Source: Nemertoderma westbladi (lineage: Eukaryota; Animalia; Xenacoelomorpha). From it: a DNA stretch of 33,297 nt. The position numbers and the translations under genes are program-made. The notes under the pieces were generated by a model. That model was not told where the DNA came from, searched no databases, and was given only the letters and a program-made list of their open reading frames with translations. Below, in pieces: positions 10,983 to 21,571 of the stretch. Location: contig JAUCBJ010007323.1 in the NCBI GenBank assembly GCA_032718475.1, forward strand, positions 1 to 33,297. Reading direction: 5' to 3'. The stretch's first letter is position 1. Every line of letters begins with the position of its first letter.

Positions 10983-12728
10983 TTAGTATCCACCTGTAAT
11001 GTACTCATTATCAGTTTCTTCTTTCCTTTTTCTTTTACGCCTGTTCTTTGCTCTGGCTTCCCTATCAACGCGGTTAGCAGTGCGGACACGTCTCATGTCC
11101 AAGGAGAGTAGGCCATAGTTAGTATGTTTGCCTGGGTCTATCCCCAGCTGCTTTAGGACACGTATTCGAGATTCATTTCCATCATTATAGACCAATACAG
11201 CATCCAATGTTCCGAGTTGCAGCGTGTGTATACCAATAAATACTCGCTTTGGGCACCGAGTCCAAATTGAGTTATTTAAACTCTCGTTTACATTTTGAGT
11301 TTTCCCATGAAGGCACTTTGATAAGAGTTTATTCTCAGTGAGATCTCGATATATTGGTTTCAGCTTCAAAAGTATCGGTTCCGGAATTGAATTTTTATGA
11401 GTATAGGCTTGTTGGGTGATTTGTGCAATGTTATATTTGCACCAACTATCAGCACCTTTGGGGCAAAGTCCATGGGATGGGTTTTTGTCAGTGGAGAGAT
11501 AGTGGAAATACGTTGCCCAGATTGCCTTTTTCATCGCATCGACACTGTGACCATTTGCCCGAATAGCATTTCCATAGTAACCTTGAAGCCTATCTATCCG
11601 CGCGTCTGTTAGTCTGTTTTTACCAGAAATCACTCTTCCATCTGACAGTTTCACACCCTTCAGTGAAGCTTTCAATTTCCGCAAGCGACAACCCATCCTC
11701 TTTTGCACATGGCCCACACATTCTAGTTTTTCAATAGTTACTTTATCCCCATATGGTCTACTCTGGGCAACTTCAGAGAACGAGTTAGTATCACCATCAC
11801 CTAAATATTTGGTATATCGCATTCCTAGTTTAGACTTGCTTCTTTGAAATAGTATTCTAGCACCAACACCCTCCATTGCACCACTAGACCCACTATGATT
11901 TTTCACACAGACATTTTTATGTGCTTCAACACTTTCTTTCCTGATTGAACAACCGTGGCAATGTTTAGTTAGGCAGTGAATGTCTAAAACTTTCCCAGTA
12001 TCCATGGCAACTATAGAAACAACACCATTTTTTGATGTATGTCCACGTTTCTGCCATGAACCATCAATCGAGATGCCAATGTCTGTATTTCCACCATTTT
12101 CTTTTATTACCTCCTTAGCTGCGTCTACCATTGAGGCTTCTGCAATTGGTTTAGCAGCTTCAAGTAATGATTTTGTGTGTTCAATAAATTTTTGTGGAGG
12201 TTGTGGCAGTCCCATTATGCTGCATAAAGTGTTACCTCCTTCAAATCCCACACCAATACAACGCAAACCATACACTAAACGCAAATTAATTTCATATTGA
12301 TTATCCACTAATGGCGATGTATAAAACCTTTTCAGACTGGTACAATTATCGCAATGTAGTTTCAATTTGGAAGATAAACCCCTGCCACAGGTGTCTTCAT
12401 CAATTACTACAACTCCACCACAAGACTTACAACATGTATATTCCGATAACACACAATTCAAAATATCCAAATCTAAAACAATAAACCCCAGCCTGCCGGA
12501 ACTTTCATCGACCAACCCACTTCGGTTTAGTTTCTTAGTTGAAGCCGATATTTCTTTTACGGGTTTAGTAGGCCTATCAGGAATTTGAACAGTACCGGTA
12601 CTTTGTTTTTCAACCGGTGGTGTAGTACAGGTACTTACGGGGATTGGAATAGATTTGGCAATAACATTCGAACTAAATCGATTACCATGGTAGGAACGCT
12701 TTCCAAATATCGCTTTTCGTCTTGTCAT
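10983..12728 (-). CDS. DDE transposase, Kolobok-type (often annotated 'Mutator-like'), 581 aa
   Basis: Uninterrupted ORF. N-terminal CKSC...CDNC zinc ribbon; ISIDGSWQKRGH (D1), YLGDGD (D2), ECVGHVQKR (HxxK), TQNVNESLN (E); basic C-terminal NLS-like KNRRKRKRK. Confidence 0.92.
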   Translation of the reverse strand: MTRRKAIFGKRSYHGNRFSSNVIAKSIPIPVSTCTTPPVEKQSTGTVQIPDRPTKPVKEISASTKKLNRSGLVDESSGRLGFIVLDLDILNCVLSEYTCCKSCGGVVVIDEDTCGRGLSSKLKLHCDNCTSLKRFYTSPLVDNQYEINLRLVYGLRCIGVGFEGGNTLCSIMGLPQPPQKFIEHTKSLLEAAKPIAEASMVDAAKEVIKENGGNTDIGISIDGSWQKRGHTSKNGVVSIVAMDTGKVLDIHCLTKHCHGCSIRKESVEAHKNVCVKNHSGSSGAMEGVGARILFQRSKSKLGMRYTKYLGDGDTNSFSEVAQSRPYGDKVTIEKLECVGHVQKRMGCRLRKLKASLKGVKLSDGRVISGKNRLTDARIDRLQGYYGNAIRANGHSVDAMKKAIWATYFHYLSTDKNPSHGLCPKGADSWCKYNIAQITQQAYTHKNSIPEPILLKLKPIYRDLTENKLLSKCLHGKTQNVNESLNNSIWTRCPKRVFIGIHTLQLGTLDAVLVYNDGNESRIRVLKQLGIDPGKHTNYGLLSLDMRRVRTANRVDREARAKNRRKRKRKEETDNEYITGGY

Positions 12729-14351
12729 CTCGACGTTTCTTCACTCCACATATAAAATATATACCAATGCAGCATAAAATAATGCATAAAACAGGTAAGA
12801 GCAGAGATAAAATGTCTAACTGTGACAGAATGATCAGCTGATAATAGGCCTACCAAACTAGCTGTGCTTTTATTCAGATTATTGCTATAAAAATGTAAAA
12901 AGATGTAGTGTGCTATCAGTTTGAATTTCCCTCCAATTTGGTGCAGCCAATGACAGCGTCTTAGCTGCTCAGCTGAATTTCAATGTAGATTTATTTTTAA
13001 TTTTTCACATTTATCCCTCTCAGATTTGAAAATTTTGAAATGAATATTGGACTACATCCATCATAGCAGGTCAGATATAGTTACTTTAACAATTTTTATT
13101 ATGTGGGTTGATTCGCCTGACTGAGATAAATCCCAAACTATTTAGTTTTCCAAAAAAGACCGATTGGTGCTCGAGAAATAGCAGTTTAAAGATCAAAATT
13201 TTATGAATTTCGTTTTCAATTGAGTTTATCTCAAAATGACATATCCGTACACAAATGCCCCATTATTTCCAAAAGTTTTCGACCAAATTACTCAATATTT
13301 TGATTGAAGGTGTGGAATGACATGTCTCAAACATTGAACTAGAATTTTGATGTGAGCATTACTATTTTTTAAATTATTAATAAACTTTTGAGCTAAATAG
13401 TGCTAAATTATTAACTATTATTAATAATATTAAAAAGTTAAGGAAGTTATTAATTTTTTTCAATAATTCTAGTTCAATGAGTTATATTAATGTTTCTCTA
13501 CATATGTTCAAAATTTTGAGAAATTTCAATCAGAATATCACAAGATAACGGGGTAAATGTTAAATAGTAAAACATTAGTACTCCCTGCTCCCCTTAATAC
13601 TAGTAAACCACGCAGCAGTCGCTTGTTTACATTTCTACTCGAGTGATATCATGGCGTTCTAAATTCTTATACGGTAGAACCACATGAGTGGAATATAATC
13701 CGTGAGTGTTAGAAACATCAAACACTATGCATAAGATAATATCCGGTATCCGGATGTTGGAAAATAAATCAATAGACGAGATGCTATGTTGCCTACAGCT
13801 AAGTAGCCAATATAAGCTACATTGTTACCGTAGCAGCCTATTTCCTCGCAGAGCAAATATAAATATATTCCAGCCTTCCGTTTGAAATGTAAACAACCTA
13901 CTGTATAATATAGGCCTACACGATATGGGGCGTTCGCGCAGCACGTGATAAAAATTTATGTTGATTTATAAACTCGAATAGATTTTAAACCAAAATATGA
14001 TATTTCCAGTGCCTATAATTTTGCCCGCTAGGGTCACAATGGGTAACTACAGACGCGCCAATCCCTCACTAATACAGACAGTTATCTGTCAAAAATGGGT
14101 TATATTTATTTTATATGCTGTAGTTGGTAAATATTAGGCTAGAACGAAATATGAGGTTTTCACTTTCTGACATTCGCCATCTTGCGGCAGAGACTACAAA
14201 GTTTCGTATTTAAGGGATTATACGCTATAAAATGGGAAAAGGTTTTCACTTTCTGACATTTATCCCTCTAGTGGCACACTAGAGAACTGCGGATGGATTA
14301 ACATTCTCTCAAAGAATCGGGATTGAAAACCAACCTGCTTTAAAACGAACC

Positions 14352-14595
14352 TGTGGGGCGAGCCACGAAGTGAGTAAGCCTTAGCGTAGGGGTACCATTA
14401 ATCAACCTGTCGTTCTGTCGCGTTTTTTTTCAGTATTTTATTTTAAACGTTAATAACTCGGTCAATCCTTGATGAAATCTATCCAAACTTTGGTACACAT
14501 GTTGTTTGGCAAAAGTTTGAAAATTTTCCAAGTAGAATTTGCGTGGGGCCTTCGTGCAGCATCAGTGTAACTGTTATTGCAGTTATAATAAATTT
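14352..14595 (+). mobile_element. HINE/DINE-1-like element (second copy at ~15896-16147)
   Basis: CTGTCGTT microsatellite, core ATAACTCGGTCAATCCTTGATGAAATCTATCCAAACTTTGGTACAC, subterminal GTGGGGCCTTCGTGCAGCA and 3' stem-loop TAACTG-TTATTG-CAGTTA. A related subterminal motif occurs at ~13926 (+) and ~30021-30042 (-). Confidence 0.55.
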
Positions 14596-15236
14596 ATTTA
14601 TCCAAATTTAAAATGCGTTATTATTACTGTAGGATAAATCAGCTGGGTTTCTGACAAAATTTTGCAATACATTAGGGCTGTCTGCCAATCTGCATGTACC
14701 ATGTGTACCGGTACTGTCAGGCTGTACTCAATCCCTGAATCGAGAATCCTGCAATCAGTCAATACTGTAATACTGGTCAGCCAGTACTGCGGTACCATAC
14801 ACTGCAGACATGCCATATCATGTAATCTAATTAAACATGGCCCAGCAACCCTTGCGGTGATTATAGTTTAGGCCTAATTAGCCCAGTACCGGCACCGGTA
14901 ATAATCTTATAATAGTTTAGATAGTTACCGCTATTCATTCAGTCATTGGCACGGTACACCGTATTGCTGTACTGCCGTTGTAGTGCGCACCGTAGGTACC
15001 ACCCTACTACCAGATATAAAATAGTTATCTAAATTATATATATTACTATTGACAAGTATTGAAACATATGCCGTTATTCGTGTTATCAGTATTTGCAACA
15101 TCTGACATTGAAGAGGTGAGAGAAGATGAATACCAGCACTCAACAAAACCAACGCTTATCACAGGTCGGTATGGTTACCTCGAAACCGGCGCGACTGTCC
15201 ACTCGAATACAACTTCAAAACACAAACGCCAACAAT
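14352..15236 (+). repeat. Local duplication, copy 1 (HINE-like element plus ~650 bp downstream)
   Basis: Collinear, highly similar to 15896-16908, from TGTGGGGCGAGCCACGAAGTGAG to CACAAACGCCAACAAT. Confidence 0.93.
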
Positions 15237-15587
15237 GAACTCCACCTCATAGAACTTCATGTGTCTCCATCTGAAGTAGATATTTGTATTCTTCATAAAT
15301 TTATATGATTATAGGCTTATCAATGACTTCACCAGTAATCACCTAAACTGTAGGCTTGAAGTATTTCGAACATGCGTGGTTTTGACACAGAGCCGAAGGT
15401 CTTGAAGAAGACAATGAAAAATTTATGAACTATTAAAATTACGTTGTAAACACAACAAATGAAATCAAGTTTTAACGTTTATTCACTTCTTTTAAGTTAA
15501 TCGTTTAGTTTACATGTTAATGTAATGACTTGGCCCAAGACTCCGCGAGAGAATCGAATTTATTATAATTTCTTCTAAATATCGTGG

Positions 15588-15784
15588 AAGGGTCTTCCCT
15601 ATAAAAGGGTGTTCCCTATAAAAGGGTCTTCCCTATAAAAGGGTCTTCCCTATAAAAGGGTCTTCCCTATAAAAGGGTCTTCCCTATAAAAGGGTCTTCC
15701 CTATAAAAGGGTCTTCCCTATAAAAGGGTCTTCCCTATAACAGGGTCTTCCCTATAAAAGGGTCTTCCATATAAAAGGGTCTTC
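15588..15784. repeat. 17-bp minisatellite GGGTCTTCCCTATAAAA, about 11.5 copies
   Basis: Period 17 (15590, 15607, ...), three single-base variants, no spacers. Confidence 0.97.
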
Positions 15785-15895
15785 GCCTCCGGTTTTGTTT
15801 ATAAAACAATTAGGCGCCAGGCGCGAAGACCACTTAGAGCCTTCATTAAAACTGGTGATGATCACGCCATGTTTGACATCTATCAGGTACCTAAA

Positions 15896-16908
15896 TGTGG
15901 GGCGAGCCACGAAGTGAGTGAGCCTTAGCGTAGGGGTACCATTAATCAACCTGTCGTTCTGTCGTTCTGTCGCGTTTTTTTTCAGTATTTTATTTTAAAC
16001 GTTAATAACTCGGCCAATCCTTGATGAAATCTATCCAAACTTGGTACACATGTTGTTTGGCAAAAGTTTGAAAATTTTCCAAGTAGAATTTGCGTGGGGC
16101 CTTCGTGCAGCATCAGTGTAACTGTTATTGCAGTTATAATAAATTTATTTATCCAAAATTAAAATGCGTTAAATTATTATTACTGTAGGATAAATCAGCT
16201 GGGTTTCTGACAAATTTTGCAATACATTGGGGCTGTCTGCCAATCTGCATGTACCATGTGTACCGGTACTGTCAGGCTGTACTCAATCCCTGAATCGAGA
16301 ATCCTGCAATCAGTCAATACTGCAATACTGGTCAGCCGGTACCATACACTGCAGACATGCCATATCATGTAATCTAATTAAACATGGCCCGGCAACCCTT
16401 GCGGTGATTATAGTTTAGGCCTACGCCTAATTCAGTAATTAGCCCAGTACCGGTAATAATACTATAATAGTTTAGATAGTTACCGCTAATCATTCAGTAA
16501 ATGGCACGGTACACCTTATTGCTGTACTGCCGTTGTAGTGCGCACCGTAGGTACCACCCTACTACCGGTACCGGCTGACCGGTGGCAACTAGCACTTCAG
16601 CACTTGTACAGTAACAGCACTACCGGCGATACACAGGTTGGAATTTATGTAGAGTTTGCTCAACAGTACAGATATAAAATAGTTAACTAATTTATCTATA
16701 TTACTATTGACAAGTATTGAAATATATACCGTTATTCGTGCAATCAGTATTTGCAACATCTGACATTGAAGAGGTGAGAGAAGATGAATACCGGCACTCA
16801 ACAAAACCAACGCTTATCACAGGTCGGTATGGTTACCTGTTACCTCGAAACCGGCGTGACTGTCCACTCGAACAGTCGAATACAACTTCAAAACACAAAC
16901 GCCAACAA
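15896..16908 (+). repeat. Local duplication, copy 2
   Basis: Matches 14352-15236; carries an extra ~100 bp at ~16567-16669 and several small indels. Confidence 0.93.
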
Positions 16909-17181
16909 TAAACTGAAAGCGAATCGAACGTCTTCAGAAGAATCTGTCATTGGGACGAAGAAAAGGAAGCCGAAACCACAGGTATGGACCACAGCTAAGA
17001 TTGAATGCTCCCATTGTCAGAGTTCCTGGACCGAAATTGAAACACCAATTGCCGATGGGCTTGATCTCTCAAACCAAAACTTCCTCTGCGGGGTTTGCGC
17101 GGCAGTAAAGATTGAAAGTCTGGAAGCTGGCATCCCTAGGTATTATTATTATAAAGAGCGTCAGCCTGCGTTTAATAAATA
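16784..17181 (+). CDS. C4 zinc-finger-like ORF fragment (possibly LINE ORF1 N-terminus), cut by the LTR insertion
   Basis: KKRKPK...IECSHCQSSW...FLCGVCAAVKIESLE. CxxC-x23-CxxC followed by KIxxLE resembles CR1/L2 ORF1 zinc fingers. The frame runs into the LTR at 17182. Confidence 0.4.
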
Positions 17182-18419
17182 TGTACGCGCTTTTGGAAGA
17201 CCTTTAGCAGTTTAACCTGCCAAAATTTATATGTCTTTTGGTTTATAAATATACTTTAGAAGATGACAAATATTTAATACCAATAAACACAACATTAGCA
17301 GAAGCCAGCCTAGTGCGCGTCCATTCACCCGCTGGATATTCCCGGGAGACTGGATTCTGAGGGCTTAGATTATTATTGCAGTGAAACCTACTGTATTATT
17401 CGATTGATCGTTAATAAATAATTTCTGACTAATATTATTCACTTTCGGGAAATATTAACAGTTCCTTTAGGACGTGGCGCTCTATCTAAGTAAACAGAGA
17501 TATGACTTACACTAATCACAACGGTAAGTCGGTAAGGCTTATGATTCACGTATGAGGCGCATTCTTTAGGAAATGCTTAGTTATCAGTCACAATCAGGCA
17601 CACTACCGGTAACACACAATACTGCTCACTAATTTGCCGACCGTCAATGATTTTTATCATATATAGAGAGAACAGCAACGGACCAATGTAGTGCTTATCA
17701 AATAGCATTAAATTCACTACATACACAATAATATAAGTCGCAATCGCTATATATAACCCGTCTCTCTAACCTGTAGTGTATCAAGAAAATTGGGAAATTT
17801 GGGTTCTTTATATATGTTCTCCAAATAATATTCAACCAAAACACAACAGTAAACAGCATTAAGACGGTAGGTTAAGATATGATATGACAAGATGTGACAA
17901 GTGAGTTGGACTGATAACAGTTATACGCTCTTATAATCTTAAGCCTACTAATGTTTCTTCTAAAGTATGAAACGAATTAACTCTAGAGCCGGTGTTCCTG
18001 GCCTAGATAGAAACAACACAACAGTATCACAAAAACCAGTAAGACTGAACGCTCTAGCATGATCTGCCCAAAAGCTCCACATCTACAGAAAAAATCGTTC
18101 TGATTGGTCAACCGAACCACGAGAGAACAAAGAAACAAAGAAATGTCGACGTGGCAATATCAGCTGTTAGCCGTCGTCATGGTAGCGACACTGTTTTCAA
18201 GAGTATCCAGCTTATCGCGTCACGAGATTGCGGATTATGTCCTCTAAAGTACAAATCTAGAAGAATGACTTTTATGTCCGTTAAAACACCTATAACGGTA
18301 ACTTGCGTGCGAGGGGAATATATATATAGTTAGAAAGCCTTTTTAGAGTATTCCAGCGCCTGGGGGGAACTCGGACCGCAAAGCAAAAGGGCCAGCTAGA
18401 TCCCACAGAAGCTTTTACA
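17182..18419 (-). repeat. 3' LTR
   Basis: 1238 bp, TGTACGCGC...CTTTTACA on +; about 11 substitutions and no indels versus 28461-29698 (counted by eye). Confidence 0.97.
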
Positions 18420-18428
18420 CCGCTCCCA
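18420..18428 (-). promoter_or_regulatory. Short G-rich polypurine-tract-like site
   Basis: Minus strand TGGGAGCGG|TGTAAAAG immediately before the 3' LTR. Confidence 0.55.
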
Positions 18429-18497
18429 GAAAATGGGATTTGAGTCTATAACATATACAAAATCACAGTTTCTAATATATGTAAATACTCTAAACAG

Positions 18498-19658
18498 TTA
18501 GTCTTTCTTGCGCGGACGGCGTTTACGCAGTTTCTTAAAGCTAGCCAGAGTCCTTTTCTCTTTGGGGCGAGCCACTTTACAAGGAGGGCTATAACTCCTG
18601 GGTGAAGGGTGCAATATGATTGCATCAGAGGGTGTAGGATTATGGTCGGTGTATCCGCCAGTCGAAGTACCGGGTTGATTGATGTCAACGTCAGGTGAGA
18701 GGGGTCTAACGGCTTTGAGAGCTCGTTTTAAGACAGCCGCTCTTACGGGTCCTTTACGAGTGGTCTGAACGAGAGCCGTAGGTGGACCATAGGCAGTTAG
18801 AAACTTCCTGGGTTTAATGGTTCTTTCCAACTCGCGTTCGCGGGCTCGGTATTCATAAGGCCGATATACCTCCTGTAACTCAGGGTGTGAGTTAACAAAT
18901 AAGTCTCCATAGTCCGGATCTTGACGGATATAATTGATTAAGTTATAGGAGTGAATGTCGCTAGGATTAATACTCCGGAGAAATTTGCGCACAAACTTGG
19001 TTGAAATACATTCTCCGACACGCTTCAGTAGCTCGTAACTCGATATGCGTGATTTCTGTTCAACAGAAGCGAATAGATAAGGATGGAACGCATAAACTCC
19101 TTCGTAAGCGCGTCCGGGATAATAGCGATGGCGCGAATCACAATGTAAATCAGCGTTCGCTTCCCAAGCTCGGATGTAACGTAGTGTGATCATTTCATCT
19201 ACGCTTTCCAAATCGCGATTAAAAGGGCAATCGAAACTGGCGTGTCCCTTTAGTTGACAATGGTGACATTGAGTCATAAATTGAGGGCAAACCGCAAAGA
19301 TATGCAAGTTATTGAGTCTGCAATATGCGCAATAGATTTCCATAGTCGGTTGTTCTTGGAAATAGGAACAGCGGACGTTGGTGTCCATGGGCGTATCGTG
19401 GTCTCTCGATGCGCATAACCGACAACGTTGCCGAGAAACATAGTTGGCATGGCGATAATCGTACGCAGCGAGACACTGTGGACCTTGATACCATTCTAGG
19501 AGGTAATCGTTGTCGCTGTTCCGGGCGCGATAGGCTGAATCTCCTCAGATTCTAGGCATATTGGTTCGTCTTCCCAGTCTGTTACGAATATGATTTTCGT
19601 GATCTATTCTCGGTTTATCGTTACGACTCCGCTGGGTATGATATTTAAATAGAACCAT
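18498..19658 (-). CDS. Accessory ORF with CCHC-type zinc knuckles and a basic C-terminus; one in-frame TGA at 19545-19547
   Basis: The 296-aa track ORF extends upstream in frame to 19544 and, across one TGA, to an ATG at 19658. Motifs CRLCASRDH-x9-C, CAYCRLNNLHIFAVC and CHHCQLKGHASFDC (CX2CX4HX4C); tail KKLRKRRPRKKD. Confidence 0.75.
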
Positions 19659-19944
19659 TTCCCTTTTCGGTGTCTACATCGTCCGTATCATGTAAATCGA
19701 TAGGATGGCCGGTAGTTAAGAAGTCCATATACGTACCATTACGATGCGTATAGCGAGTGGTTAATTTTCGATAGTCCAATTCACGCGTAAGTTGCTCTTG
19801 GGACATCGGCGGTTCGATATAACGACCATCGTCCTCCGTAATGGTTGGATCGGCTTCACCGCGTATCAAGCTATCCACAAATGCTTGTAAAGGTAGAGTA
19901 TATCGCTCCCTGATACCAAGATCATCTTCTATCAACTCCGTCAT
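19645..19944 (-). CDS. Acidic 99-aa ORF overlapping the accessory ORF start; possibly its frameshifted N-terminus
   Basis: ATG start preceded by AG acceptor-like sites (ACTCAG, ATAGCAG); ends overlapping the ATG at 19658, which is in the +1 frame. Confidence 0.5.
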   Translation of the reverse strand: MTELIEDDLGIRERYTLPLQAFVDSLIRGEADPTITEDDGRYIEPPMSQEQLTRELDYRKLTTRYTHRNGTYMDFLTTGHPIDLHDTDDVDTEKGNGSI

Positions 19945-20764
19945 ATCTGCTATCTGAGTTTATTAAGATTATAATGAGTTTATGTTTAGGCGAACGGGCG
20001 TCGCTGCCTACCTTTCTTTGCCCCCGGACAGTGGGATTCTCAGCGCCGACGTATCGTCGTCGCGGTGTTTACGCCAACATGTAGCAACAGCACGACAACG
20101 ATAACCGGCACAAGTCACTCCACTGTCCGTCCCAAAGGCTTGGATCCACTTAGGTTCTTTCTATAGGAGAGTTGGGCTATTTTTACAATTGCGACTAGCT
20201 ACTGTAAACATACTTTAGCAGTAACATTCACCTATAAACGCACAAATTCCACACAACTGCCACTAACAGCACACATACAGGCCATTTGTCCGTTAGTCAG
20301 TGCCTTCCAGAATGTCACGTTATTACTGTGTATCCTTGGATACTAACAGTGTGCTATGTGTTCTCTATGCTAGGCAAGGGGACAAGCTTTCTATTGTTCT
20401 TTTAACTTGCTTCTAATTCTAGCGTGGGTGTTGCTATGGTGACATTATGGAATGCTAGCGGTAGAATTAGGGTAATTCTCATGCATACAGATCTGGGATG
20501 CTATTTAATAATAATTCTTTAATTGTCAATATTCTCTTTATGCATGATTTTATTATTTTTATCGGCTATTGACTATATGTTGGAGATTCTCGCACTCTAA
20601 TACACTCAATAGGATGAATCTCCGCTCCCATGATCTATTAATTAATGGAATTTTGGGAATATTATAAATTGTACAAAATGACAATTTATGAAATTCATTT
20701 TAAAATATGAATTTAAATTTATTCCCGTGAATTTTATTATTTAATGTTAAAATTGACACAATTT

Positions 20765-21026
20765 GATTCCAGAGCAGGTCTGGGGACATAGGATCCTTAA
20801 TTCTATGAAATTTGTCTTTTAAGAGTATCGGTAAGTGCTACGATATCTTAATTGACTAGAAATTTAAAGGATCTGAATTTTACAGATTTTACTAAATATT
20901 AAATTAATATTTAAGATGGGCACCGATTTATTCCAGAACTTGTCTGGGGACGTTAACCACTGATTCTAGAATTTGTCTTTCAAGTATATCGGTGGGTGCC
21001 GCGATATCTTAATCGACTAGAATTAC
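20765..21026. repeat. Diverged ~100-bp direct repeat pair in the element's 3' non-coding region
   Basis: ATTCCAGA..GTCTGGGGAC...AATTTGTCTTT.AAG..TATCGGT..GTGC..CGATATCTTAAT.GACTAGAA at ~20766 and ~20930. Confidence 0.75.
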
Positions 21027-21571
21027 AGATGGTCAAAAGGTTTAACAGATTTATTTGCGTTTTACGCTACTGTTATATGGACATCACGCTACTATATGTA
21101 TTATTATATATGGTATGAGAGCAATATCGCACGAAGCAATGTCAGTGTGAAGAGGCAAGTCGTTTCCAAGGTCTACCCAGAGCTTGGTTTAGCCGAGACA
21201 CGAGGATCTGAACTTTGCATTCCTAATACTCTGCCTACCAATAATACTTAAGTATAGTAGGAGCTTTATTGTACTTTAATAAGTACGGCCATTTCATCTT
21301 ACTGTAGTCACGTATTTATAATAACCAAATAAACAGTAAGGAAAGAGAAAAAATAATTATTTCTCGCCGTCGCACTAAATATATTATAAGTAATTACGTA
21401 CGTAATAAACACTAATATATTGCACTAATCTACTAAATAATCACTAAAATAACATTCTACTAAATAAAATTAAAGAAAACGATTATAATAAAATTACATA
21501 ATAATACATACATAAATATAAAATAAAAACAAATATAAAATGATATAGTCACATGCCCACTCCATATGTTA

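Larger units (their letters stand above)
10258..13593 (-). mobile_element. Kolobok-type DNA transposon, apparently full length (3336 bp)
   Basis: TTAA duplication at 10254-10257 and 13594-13597. TIRs GGGGAGCAGGCAGT / GGGGAGCAGGGAGT (13/14) with purine termini. Single internal transposase ORF. Confidence 0.9.

Noticed and set aside
11397-12588. Plus-strand ORFs inside the transposase as a second (KolX) gene
   Set aside because: Short, entirely antisense to the transposase, no recognisable motifs.
15588-15784. CRISPR-like array
   Set aside because: Head-to-tail 17-bp units with no unique spacers, no cas genes, and a eukaryotic context.
14598-16810. Short ORFs repeated in both duplicated blocks
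   Set aside because: They recur only because of the duplication, differ by frame-changing indels, and contain no motifs.
18151-18333. 60-aa ORF present twice (also 29430-29612)
   Set aside because: Duplicated only because it lies within the LTRs; GTG start and no motif.
19654-19666. G GGA AAT slippery heptamer as a programmed -1 frameshift into the zinc-knuckle ORF
   Set aside because: The -1 frame stops after about 18 codons; the zinc-knuckle frame is +1 relative to the 99-aa ORF.
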